Source: Trichoplax adhaerens
Taxonomy: Eukaryota; Animalia; Placozoa
NCBI RefSeq assembly: GCF_000150275.1
Contig: NW_002060949.1
Location: 2,601,836 to 2,665,835, forward strand
Direction of reading: 5' to 3'
Length of the DNA stretch: 64,000 nt
Shown: positions 34,231-46,047 of the stretch, piece by piece
Position numbering within the stretch: position 1 is the stretch's first letter
Layout of the letters: the number at the start of each line of letters is the position of its first letter
Notes under the pieces: model-generated
What the model was told of the DNA's origin: nothing
The model's input: the letters and a program-made list of their open reading frames with translations, nothing else
Databases searched by the model: none
Program-made: the position numbers and the translations under genes

Positions 34231-37200
34231 ATGGCAATACCATCAATAGTAAGTCAAAGCTGTTTTGTAAATATTTCTATTTGAAGTCAAAATGTAGCGT
34301 CTTTATGATACGGTCGTATTAAAGCTATTAGATGGTGTACTATCCTTTTTCATGACTAAAAATGTTGTTGTTATCCGTTATACTTGTAGTTCACATTTGA
34401 CCAGGTACCAGGACAACAGCTACACGCAGCTATAATTCGAAACGATATTGATAACGTTAGACAGCTTCTCAATGAGCCAGATTCCGTTCCAATTGATTGC
34501 TCTGACGAAGTAAGTCCACATACATATGTATATAGGCTACTTTACGACAGGATTATACACGTACATAGGCATCCCCAGAGGGAACTTAAATCTGTAATCC
34601 TAATTACCAGAGGACGATTTTTTTGTCATCAGTTTTGATTTATTGCGTAGTGCTAATTTGGACATGAAATAGTCATTTCATGGCACAAAATGGCCTTACT
34701 AGTATTAGGCATTTTTAAACGCATACAGCACATCAATATCACATGTCATGCAAATATTTCTTACAATCTGGTGGCATTTTTCTAGGATGGTACCACACCT
34801 CTCATTCTAGCTGCTGCCAATGGCTACATTGATATAGTACAATTATTGTTAGATAAAGATGCAAACGTTAATGAGAGGAGGAAGGTAAAATCTTGCTTAG
34901 AAGAGATACTAAGATATTACTATGAGCAGAATACAGCCGTAATTGTTAACAGATCTTGATTTCGTAGAAGACTTAATTACTATTTACTAGAATTACTGCA
35001 GATTCTTGATTTATAACCGTATCTTCATTATTAATACTATCGCTTTAAACTATAGACCGGGACTACAGCACTCTTTTTTGCAGCACAAGGCGGCCATTTA
35101 GAAGTTGTAAATGCCTTACTGGAGAAAGACGCCGAAGTTGATCTTGGAAATTATGTTAGTAGGCTATATAAACTGATGTAGAACTCTGCACGGATTTTAA
35201 AGTATTCATAAACATGAAATCTTATCACACATGGTGTCACCTATTTGTCAATTTATGCGTAATAAAACAGATGCGAATGGTAAAATAGCTTATGAAATTG
35301 ACGATAGGAGCTTCTGGTATATAATTAACTTAGGAAAGTAGCATACTACGTATTGCTAACATAGATTACTACTCTTACTATACATGATCTGTGTATATTA
35401 TCAATTTTTACACTTTAGAGCCGATACTTTACCCTAAATCTATAGGATAGAATATAAATTATACGATGGCTCATAGCATATATTACAGATTCTACCACTC
35501 AGTTTTAAATTATATACAAATTAATAAATATTATTCAACTAATAGCAGATCAATCATAATGCGTACAATTAATACGTAGGATGCGTATAGTCAAGCATCG
35601 GATTAAGATATTTGTATAATAGTATGCCATAAAACAGAATGAAGCGGTCCAAATTTCTCTATTCTACTGTAGCTCATTCCAATCATTTTTATTGACATAC
35701 ATTTTTACCGTACTAAGGATGGAGGAACTCCGCTACTCATCGCTTCTCAATGTAATCAACCGAAAATTGTCCAGAAATTACTGGAAAATCGCGCTAATGT
35801 CAACATAGCAATGAAGGTAATGTATATACTACAATACATCATGATTTGTACTATCAGCTACATATTCCCTTGATGTTTTATCCTATTATTATTGCAATTC
35901 ATAAAATAAAAATAAAATATTAGTCAGTAACTGTAATACTACCGTACAGGATGGTGCAACTCCAATATTTGTTGCCGCCCAAAACGGCAACGTAGAGGTA
36001 GTCAAAATACTCATTGAAAACCAGGCCAATGTGAATAGTCCAAGGAAGGTAAAAGCATAACGCTGCATATTTTAAATTTAGAAATGTGGTTCTGTACCGA
36101 TATTGACATATGCACTTCTAAATTAACCCTGATAGCTAATTTCTAAATTATTTCTATGATTTGTACGGTACTGGTTGAACATGAAGCAGCTCGTAATATA
36201 TATTACGCCGTAAATACTGATACTAGAATAACTATCACATCTTAATTAAATTTGCTTTCCTTTCACTTCATTTCTCTAACTTGAGATATATTAAATTCTG
36301 ATTTATGCATGGACATGTCCTTGTTTTGCAATATGTAACAGAAATATTTTAGGATATATTATAATTAGCATGAACTATTTAATCACTAATAGCAGTCAAT
36401 AGCCACCGTATATCGATACGGATTACTTACTACCGTAAGAAAATTTGTAGAACATTTTGATTTAAAAATTGAACGTTGACCTCCTCTCTCATACTTTAGG
36501 ATATGGCAACTCCACTATGGATTGCTTGCCAGACAGGTAATTTTGAAATTGTTTCTGAATTACTCAAGGCAGGAGCAGATGTGGACTCACATAGAGAGGT
36601 ATACATGTATAATTCCCTTTGAAACGAGAAACTTTACCGTATTTATTTATTACTAGTACAATTGTGAGCTATAGAAAGGCAATCAATTTATCAATCATGG
36701 TCTTAGGTTTAATACTACGATTTCCATATAAATCTGATTAAAATTTTTGACGTTGTGCTGTTCCTTTAGGATGGCGGAACTCCATTATTTAAAGCTTGTC
36801 ATAAAGGCCATACTGCAGTAGTTCAGGCTTTGCTACAGCATAAACCTTCAATCAATACTCTAAAAGTAAGACAATTGCAATGTTACAATTGCAATCGGAA
36901 ATTATTTCTAGTTATATAAATATATGTTTATCTCCATTGGCAAGAATTATGATGAAGCTCATTTCTGTCCTTATTTTATCCAGTTTAAAGCTGCCTTTTC
37001 TAAATTGTGATATTAATTCATTCATACAGAATGGAGAAACACCGTTACATGCAGCGGCACTCTTTGGCCATTTAGAGATTGCAAAGGCTCTGGCTACCGC
37101 TGGTGCCGACCCTACCATTGTTAATGGGGTATAATGAATATGAGAAAAGTGTTTAGCAATCTCTTTCAAACAAGCGATTATATTTCTTGGGTATATCTAC

Positions 37201-37334
37201 TTACCAGCATTATTTAACATTTATTTTCGAAACAGGATGGTCGAACACCTATTGATCTGGCTAAAGAAGCTAAACATGACAAAATTTTTACGTATTTGTC
37301 AAGCGTTCGCCAATCCATGCAAACCGTCGTATAA
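34231..37334 (+). CDS. ANKRD29: Ankyrin repeat domain-containing protein 29
   Basis: Successive ~99-nt phase-0 exons each encode one ankyrin repeat: DGTTPLILAAANG, TGTTALFFAAQGGH, DGGTPLLIASQ, DGATPIFVAAQNG, DMATPLWIACQ, DGGTPLFKACHKGH, NGETPLHAAALFGH. Order and motifs match ANKRD29. Ends QTVV*. The first exon is less certain. Confidence 0.85.
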
Positions 37335-39047
37335 TGTTTTGAGAGATGGCATCGAATAGATTGACAAATTCTTCTATAATAATGTATTAAGTCAACTGAT
37401 TTTTTACTGGACGTTAGTATTAACGAAGCTATTAAGGATTTTATATCTCATAATGTAAGTATACGCGTACAGCGATAAAACGTTTATAAAACAAGTAACA
37501 TGACTAAAAGAGGCATACAAGTGCAGCTAATAACGCAATAAATTCTCAAAATTACCCAAGGCCTATGGATAATACTCTTATATCCTGATTCTCCTATTCA
37601 TCTCATAAACTATTATATGTATATGCAAATCGGTATTACATACCATTTGCATAATGTGATATTTAAAGCTATAGTAGTATGATTTGCTTCTTTAGACGAA
37701 ATTATCATCTTAATAGAAATTTACTGTTGATGATGATTGCAATAATTATCTTAATGACGGTAATGTTATATTTAAATCAACAACTGCTGATAAACTAGAT
37801 GACGTACTGCATAAGTTTTACCTTTCCTGCTGATGACTGGAAAATAAATTAAAAGTTAAACTATAATAATATGATTGTTTCAATCAAGTTACTTGGAGAT
37901 TGAAAAATTTATAGGAAGAAATGCGGAAGTATGAGTCTACATGAATAGTAAATAACACTAGGTCTTGCTAGGACTGAGTCAAGTAATATTATTTTTTTTA
38001 GATTTTTATTTCCAGCTCTAGCTCTACTTCATCAAGTAAGACAGCCCAAGCTGCTATAGAATATGAGTTCTGAGATTGTACTCGAAGTAAAATCACGAGT
38101 AACTTGCAATTCCGCAAATAGAGTCGTGACGATATTTCTATTCATCCTGTCGATAAGGGTTCATTCTTTCATCAATGAAATCTGTATTTCGTATCAACAG
38201 TTTAATACCGTACCACAGTAAAGAGATTATATTATTCACATTACGGGACTGCTATAAAAATCACTTATACGAGTATGTACCATACCTGTAGATGATATAT
38301 AAACATTAAATCCGATAAGACGTATTATAGAACTTCCTGAAGTTAACACCTTTATTACTTAATTAGACAAGTACGCATATAAACTGTACTTAATGATCTT
38401 ATCGAGAATAAATTCTGAAATTGTGCTTAAATATTTAAATGAAGCATTCGCAAATTATAACAAATAATAGAAATTTGCTTTCATTAGTATGATGTCTAAA
38501 TTCATAATTTATCGATATTAACTGATACTTCGCTCTTCATTACAATTATCATAATTTACCCAAATTAGGAGGCCTAGTTTAATCTAAACGAGTAGTCGTT
38601 ATTTCGGTATAGGTTGACTTTAGAAAAAATAAATATGAATCATGTACGAGTATATTGTCTATCTGTATCATAGGTCATGAGAGAATAGATTAATAACATT
38701 GTGCCACATTTATTTTAATTAAAAATTAGACTTCGGCTCTTAAATTTAAGCTATAGAACTATACAATTTATAGTATAAATAAATATTGTTACGAATGTAA
38801 ATTCAATAAATATGTAGTGGCCTTAGCTGCAAGAACGACAATAATAGTTCCACTGCAAGAAAATATAAGTGAGGATTTGTTGAATAACGGTAAATTAGTA
38901 TAATATTTACAATGAATAAATTCAGTACAATGCCGATAACACCGTACTGTGAGATCGTAAATAAAATTTTCGAATTGTAAGATACCGATAAGTTTTACCG
39001 TGCCCATAAATTGCCTGCCAATAATGTAATAAGACAAGCAGATAACC

Positions 39048-42000
39048 CTAGTCATCTGTCGCAAGTGACGACTCGGTTACAGTGTCGTGGTCTTTTTGAT
39101 GAGAATAAAACAGTAACGGAGATAATCCAAGTAAACATCCAATTAGAACTCCGACAGTTCTTCCCTACACGAATTTATGTTTGCAGTAGTATTATTATTT
39201 TTTAATTTATCAGAAGCGAATTTGCTAGTTACAGAATGCGTATAATAAGGCTATAGTAAATCAATTTTAATGAAGTCGAGCAAATCTCAGTATTATGATA
39301 ATTATTATTTGATTTTATTGCTAACATTTCTATATCTAGAATATTTTACATTGTAAACTATATCTACGGCGATCTTTTCTACAATTATTTCACCCTGATT
39401 TAAGTTCAATGCCATCAATACTTACTAAGTTAGTAAATAATACAGTCTGCCATAATTTTTTCTCTTCAGCAGACAGCTGAGCCATGGTTAATTGCATTTT
39501 CGATGTTAAACCTTCTATATATCCTACAAAACTAATATCATATAGTGTTTGTGTTAATTTGTTTGAAAATTAGTATTTAAGGATAATTTCATTCCTTTTC
39601 TATAAAATTCAATAGTATCACTATGGCTAATTAAATTAGCCTTATTATTATATGCACAACGAAATCTAGTTTCTGCTAGTTGATAACAGTGATCTATTGG
39701 GCTGAAACATTCTAATGACAGATCTACAACTGCATTGGGTTTGATCCAGGATATGTGTCTAGTATGGTAATGAAAAATAAGCTGTGATATCAATTGAAAT
39801 AGCCTACTGTGAGCACTACTCACCAAAGTCCTGCAACGTCTGATACCATATTGCCTAGACCAGCAGCTGTGTATTAAAATAAGAATTAATCAGTACTAAA
39901 GATTGCATGCCAATGAGAAATCTTAAATTTAACGGTAAAATAATAAGAAAATGATAAATACCTGCCATAGTCGATATCGTTAAAACAGCACCTACTTTAA
40001 ATTCAATGTATTCTCCCTAATGCCAAAATGAGGATTGGGAATAAAAATATAATGAACGACGATAACGAAATATTTGAAATATGTTACAGAATATCCTTGC
40101 AATTGTGATGATATTTTAAATTAATAGTAGTCTAATGCAGAATGAAAAGTTTAACTTACAGCAGTGATCATAATTACGTTGTCAAGAAAACCGAAGGCTA
40201 TAAAGGGTATCCCACTATTGGCGGCAACTTGTTATTAGTAGAAAGGTATCAATCAGTCAATATCAATCTTGATCAAGCAAAATATTATATACAAGCACAC
40301 ACACTCAATAATTGGATAATCCAAGCTGTAGAGTACTGCATTATTTCATAGACAAGAAACGCAAATCTATTCTTGTAACTAAAATTTTATTTAAACTGAA
40401 GAACTGGAAACTATTTTGAAGTAGATAATTGTTTTCAGGGGCGGTTCTCTATATATTTCAGTATTGTCTAAGTGTGTAGATTCTTCTATTTTATGTCAGT
40501 TTTTATGTCAGTTACGAAATTTAGTAGATCACGGTATTGAATATATATAGGATAACTAAAATTAGATACATTCTAGAAAAGGTTCATCAAATCATTTGAT
40601 CCCTTCTTGACGAAAAGAAAATTTAATTATTCTATGTAATCATGGATTACTTTATACATAATTCTTCATGAAACAACGTAGTCTGAATTTTTCATACTAA
40701 TCTATCAATAGCTTACATATAGTGTTATACCATTAGCAAGTTTACATGTTTGAAAATAGAGAATTCTAATCGACGTCATGAAGAGTTTACTTCCAAGCTC
40801 AATGTAAATTATTGTAGAAGGAGAGGCTCATTCATATGCTATCATTTTAACGATTACTAGCAAAAATGCGAGTAAATCATGACAAAAAATTATTATTTAC
40901 ACCTAATTGTATCGTATCGCCAGATGCCTATCTGTTCAAAATTCTACCGTTAAAAACCTTCTTATTTAAATGGGTTGAATGCAATATTATTCAGTTGTAG
41001 AATTTTATATTTTTAATCATTAATATTAGGATGACTAAAAAGTCGATATCCATAAATTAGGCATATTAAAACGTTGTTAAAAGATTATTATTTACTCCTA
41101 ATTGTATCCTGTCACCATATGCATATCTGTTTAAAGTTCTATTATTAAAAACCTTCTTGTTTAAATGAGTTGAATTCAATATTAGTCAGTTTGTAGAATT
41201 TTATGCTTTCGTTCATTAATATTACGATGACTAAAACGTAGATGTCCATTAATTAGACATATAAAAATGTTGTTAAAGGGAAGTCACTAATTATATTTTC
41301 GTATTGTATACTATATTGCGTACTTTATTATTGCAGGGTCAATTAGAATGGAAGGCCTTAACAGCTATAAATTGGAAAAAAATCACAATACTAATGATAG
41401 GATATTTTATAATACACATACAGTGTCTAGGAAAGACCTTGTGACGTTTTTTTAATTATATTGGTCTATTTCGAATGCGGATCTTACTTCTACATCATTA
41501 ATAAGTATAGTCTGACCTTAGTAACTCCGATTGAAAAAGTAACAGAAAGAATTTTAGCATAATAATTTTTAATGATATTGTTATTATTTCAATCAATAAA
41601 TTATAATTAAGGGATCTATTACCCTGGCAGTTTTCAATGCTCTGAATAGCGAAGTAATAGAAAGGAAATTATGAAATGACGAAGCTTTTAATTACCGTGT
41701 TAGGATTTGAATCAATAAATTACATTAATGGGCCAATTAGTATAGCAGACTTTAAATAACTTTGATTGCAGAGGTAATAATAGATTACATATGAAACAAT
41801 ACTCTAGTTTCCTCTCACGATCTGTCCTGTATAGATTAATTTATAATTACACTGTGGCGTATTAATGATAATTTTTTGAATTGTTGCTAAAAGGTCAACT
41901 AAATTTGCTGATAACTCCAATTAGGCAAAGTAATGGCAGATGCAATATGAAGCGAAATTTTAGCTAAGTATTGTATACTTCCGCAATCTCTATAGAAGTT

Positions 42001-44406
42001 ATTCCGCAAGCTTCAACTGAAATAGCAAATATTATTACGTTAATGACTCTGATTAGTCAAAGTGATGTCATATGGAATGTCTATTAGACCGGTGTAGTCC
42101 TTCTAACGTTGATTTCTTGTGATTAGAGCATGAAATTTTGAATGCCTTATAAAAATTACTGCTCAAGAATCAACTGAAATAGGAGATATTAACTTAATGA
42201 CTTTGATTAGTCGACGAAATGACAGACTACCGGTAGGTATTAGATATTAATACTAGAACAATGAGTGGAATGGCTAATTTAAAAAATAGTAGATTAGGTA
42301 CGAAAGTAGACTATTATGATTTCTACCATTCCTAGAGAGAAGATCTTGTAATAATAATTTCGAATGGCCATATTATCAAATTAAAACAATCACGTTATGA
42401 AACATCGTTAATTATAGAATAATACAACGCTAGTGAATTATATATACAATATGCGTAACATATATTATCACAGTGTAATTTTTTATTAATCTAATAAGAA
42501 AGCTTTTTATGACAAGATTAATTTTAAATAAATAAAACTAACCTAGTAGCAACTTTCTCAGGCTTGGCACCGTAGGTTTGATATAATGTTGTCGAGCAAT
42601 AGCTCTTTCCTCTATAAACAAGTAATCATGACGTAAAATCGTTCATTATCGATCAATAGCGGAAAAATAGACGTAGAAGTATATTTAAATTTGAATAATT
42701 ATTATTCAAATAGAAAATACTTTTTTTCTATACTAAGCAATGGTAACAAAGGATTAGCCTAGTCCGCTTTAATGAATGAAAAAGCATCATGTCGTCAAGA
42801 AAATTATTATTCATTTATACTCACGTTGAGTTAGTTGAATGGCTAAATCTTTTAAGCTTCCTATAATTAATCAGCGTATCCAAATTAATTTATAGTTAGT
42901 ATGAGATAGATGGATAGAGGTTTAGAATTGACATTTAGATTATAACATGTATGATAGAACCTAGTCAACTAAAACGAACTGGCGTTTTCCTATTACAGTA
43001 AAGATAAAACTTGATTTTGCAAATGCCACTATTGGCAACTTTAGAACAATCCATTTTGATACATACTGTAGTAATATAACAAGAAATGGTTACAATATGA
43101 AAGAAAAGGGTCATTAAAGAAAATTGATCCATGTATCATAGGAAATGATTGGATCGATTGATTGATTGATGCCTCTATTTAATAATGACACTACCTATGT
43201 ATTAGGATTAAGATTATAGTTTTTCTCTTCTTGATCAAAATGGAGACAGCTTGAAAGTATTACTGCAGTAAACTCATTCCGTAAACGATCGTATGAGCAA
43301 GTTTCTGGCATTGCAAGCAATCTTGGCATGACAATATCCTACTACCACTACTCGTTTATATTAAAGATAGTCATGCGAAGGGCTATGCGAATGAAAATAG
43401 ACAATTCGTTCAAAGGATGTTCTAAAGTATTGACATCAATAAAACAACGACAACATCGGAAATCTTCAAATGTGGAAACGATGTTGTAATCATTCATATA
43501 CAGTCATTCATTTTAATGTTACCAATACATGCAACGAACACTCGAGTAGTCTGCTTAGTGTTTCTTCATCGATTGAATCTATGAGTAGGGTGCTATTGTA
43601 CAGTACTTTATCAATGTGGCCATTAGGATCGTACTATGTTTTCGGCAAGAAAGTAAAGTAAAGTAGAACATAGGAAATAGTGACCATGCAGATCATCACC
43701 GTAAATCACAACACTAATAAGATTGTACATTGTCTTTAAAAAGTAAACGATAGCATAGGAAGCATAGGATATCCACTTGATGTTACTGCAACAAAAGAAT
43801 TTTTTCATTCAGAATGAATCAATGAATTGTTAGCCATAATAGACGTCGACGATTATCGTAAGAAAATATCAACGATAAAGTAAGAAATAACATGGGGATA
43901 ATTGATCATCCATGATAGCTATGTTGACGATCATCGTACAATTATGGATGAATTTATATCCTACTTGACATGGTACAATCAGTAGATTATCATACACAGT
44001 CCAAGTACGTGTACTAAATACTTTACTACGGCAAGAAAAAAAATGAAAAATCAAAAATTGAAACGCCTATTTCATCATTATCAATCAGACCTGGCTTCCT
44101 ACCCACAACCGGCAAAAGTGATCGCAGTAGAATTTCCCTTTCTCTACTATGTAATTGCATGATAAAAGCTGTCGCTTCATTTTCTGTCAGAAAATTATCA
44201 TCACCACGAAATTGACGATAACGATTAACCACAAATCCAGATGAATATGGACGATGAAATGGCTGATTCTGATCTACTTTAACTTTAGAATCACGATGAT
44301 GATAATAAATACGTCGCAATGGATCCTTCTGTAATGATTGACATGGAAGTAGAGCCGTCTTCCATATTGGATTGAGTATTCGATGCTTGCCAAAAACTTT
44401 ATTCAT
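39048..44406 (-). CDS. TMEM65: Transmembrane protein 65 (mitochondrial inner membrane), 7 coding exons
   Basis: Exon 1 (44406-44091) has a presequence-like MNKVFGKHRIL... and FIMQLHSREREILL. Later exons give PTVPSLRKLLL, NSGIPFIAFGFLDNVIMITA, GEYIEFKVGAVLTISTMA, AGLGNMVSDVAGL, GYIEGLTSKMQL...LWQT and GRTVGVLIGCLLGLSPLLF...DD*, matching TMEM65 (PFIGFGFLDNAIMIVAG...ISTMAAAALGNLVSDLAGL). Confidence 0.92.
40890..41278. repeat. Diverged tandem duplication, 2 x ~195 bp, in a TMEM65 intron
   Basis: CCTAATTGTATC...TTAAAAACCTTCTT.TTTAAATG.GTTGAAT...GATGACTAAAA...GTTGTTAAA occurs at 40902 and again at 41097. Confidence 0.9.
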
Positions 44407-44464
44407 CGTTGTCCAACTATTGATTGATTCTTTCCTGATAGGGCAGACACCTACCACTCGGCGA

Positions 44465-44927
44465 TTCTGAATTGCAATCGATGATGATGCAGCAGTGATT
44501 AATTAATTCAGAACGAGGGTGATGGCAATATTCTACGCTATAGTTTCTGAATTGTAATCGATGATGATACAGCGGTGATTAACTAATTAAGAGCGAGAGT
44601 GATGCAATATTCTACGCTATAGTTTCTGAATTGTAATCGATGATGATACAGCAGTGATTAACTAATTAAGAGCGAGAGTGATGGCTATATTCTACGCTAT
44701 AGCTTCTGAATGGTAATCGATGATGATGCAGCAGTGATTAACTAATTAAAAGCGAGAGTGATGGCTATATTCTACGCTATAGTTTCTGAATTGCAATCGA
44801 TGATGATGAACTAATTAAAAGCGAGAGTGATGGCTATATTCTACGCTATAGTTTCTGAATTGCAATCGATGATGATGAACTAATTAAAAGCGAGAGTGAT
44901 GGCAATATTCTACGCTGTAGTTTCTGA
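44465..44927. repeat. Minisatellite: 6 units of 80, 79, 80, 80, 69 and 69 bp plus a partial unit
   Basis: Unit TTCTGAATTGYAATCGATGATGATRCAGCRGTGATTAACTAATTAARAGCGAGAGTGATGGCWATATTCTACGCTATAGT starts at 44465, 44545, 44624, 44704, 44784, 44853 and (partial) 44922. The last two full units lack CAGCAGTGATT. Confidence 0.97.
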
Positions 44928-44999
44928 GCGTAGTAGTTGCCGGTTGCGTTGCCTCGATGCAATGTTTACTTAAGCGAAGGGAGTGTGATGTGTGCAAAC

Positions 45000-45345
45000 A
45001 AGGTCTAGGCTAGTCGAGAGACCTACTGGAAACTGTATGCTATAACTAGGCTACAGTATCAAAGAATTGGGCAGTAGGATGATTTCTATTAAAAACATTG
45101 AGACGGTAGTTTATCCCACGTCCGCACCTCGGTATGTGTGCACTGTAGACAAGATACTGTAGACTTTTTACTACCAACGATCGCAATTTTACTCTATGTA
45201 TACTACTATACTGCACTCTACCATGATACAGTGAACTACCAAACTTGAACAATCACTGTAACGGCCATGCCTAAAAATAAACATCCAATGATTGGCTGTT
45301 AAAAATAACTTCGAAGCAACACCAATCAAACTCCGTTGCTATGAT
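45000..45345. promoter_or_regulatory. Putative bidirectional promoter TMEM65 / uncharacterised gene (weaker ACTGT island)
   Basis: Scattered ACTGTA/TACAGT, plus CCAAT/ATTGG boxes around 45285-45325, between divergent genes. Confidence 0.5.
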
Positions 45346-46047
45346 ACCAGTGCAAAACCTTCTGCATTGATAGAGGTTGCATAGTAGCCCGTTAACTTGC
45401 TCTCTAGCATCGATAAAAAGAACAAATATTACTAAATCGAATAGACAACAACAACCAATCTATTCTAATATAAATCAACATTGGAAAACGCAATGTTGAT
45501 TTGTAATGATTCAATCATTCGATGATACATTGAGCAAAGAATAAATTAAGGCTAAAAAATAGATAACTTAAATGGCCAACTGTTCCAACTACGAACGCGA
45601 TTCATTTCAATGTCATATCGCATAGAATTTTATAATGAAGCATTTAATAAACCATAACAATTTTTTATTCTAATAAAGGACATCCTGCAATGAAAATTCG
45701 ATCATACATAGTATAGGGTCCTTGAAAGGAAATAATCCAATAGTCATCCTAACAAAGAAATTATTCAAAGCAGTATTGTAGGCAACCAATTACAGGCGTT
45801 AAAAAAATGACACAACAATCAGCAAGTAATCTTATACACAATCATTTGCTTATTACTTGCGTCAAACTGCACGTACAAATTGATATAATGTCATACATGA
45901 AGGTTATTTTTATACGTACTTTACCATCGCTAAATTAGCGCATAGATATTATACTCAAGTAATAGCAAATAGCAACAGTTGGAAGTTCAGTCCATGGCTA
46001 TGATACCTTAATTTTTGTACAATTTCTCTTATTATTACTTAAAATCC

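Noticed and set aside
43200-43600. Possible nested exons in TMEM65 intron 1 (DSIDEETLSRLLECSLHVL; DIVMPRLLAMPETC...)
   Set aside because: Short open stretches with no recognisable family; TMEM65 splices correctly without them.
44407-44457. GTG start of track ORF 44026..44457
   Set aside because: Eukaryotic gene; the first ATG is at 44406. The ORF beyond the donor at 44091 is intron read-through.
44465-44927. CRISPR-like array or repeat-encoded protein
   Set aside because: Units are contiguous with no unique spacers and there are no cas genes. Unit lengths of 80 and 79 bp break frame, and the 80-bp units have stops in all three minus-strand frames.
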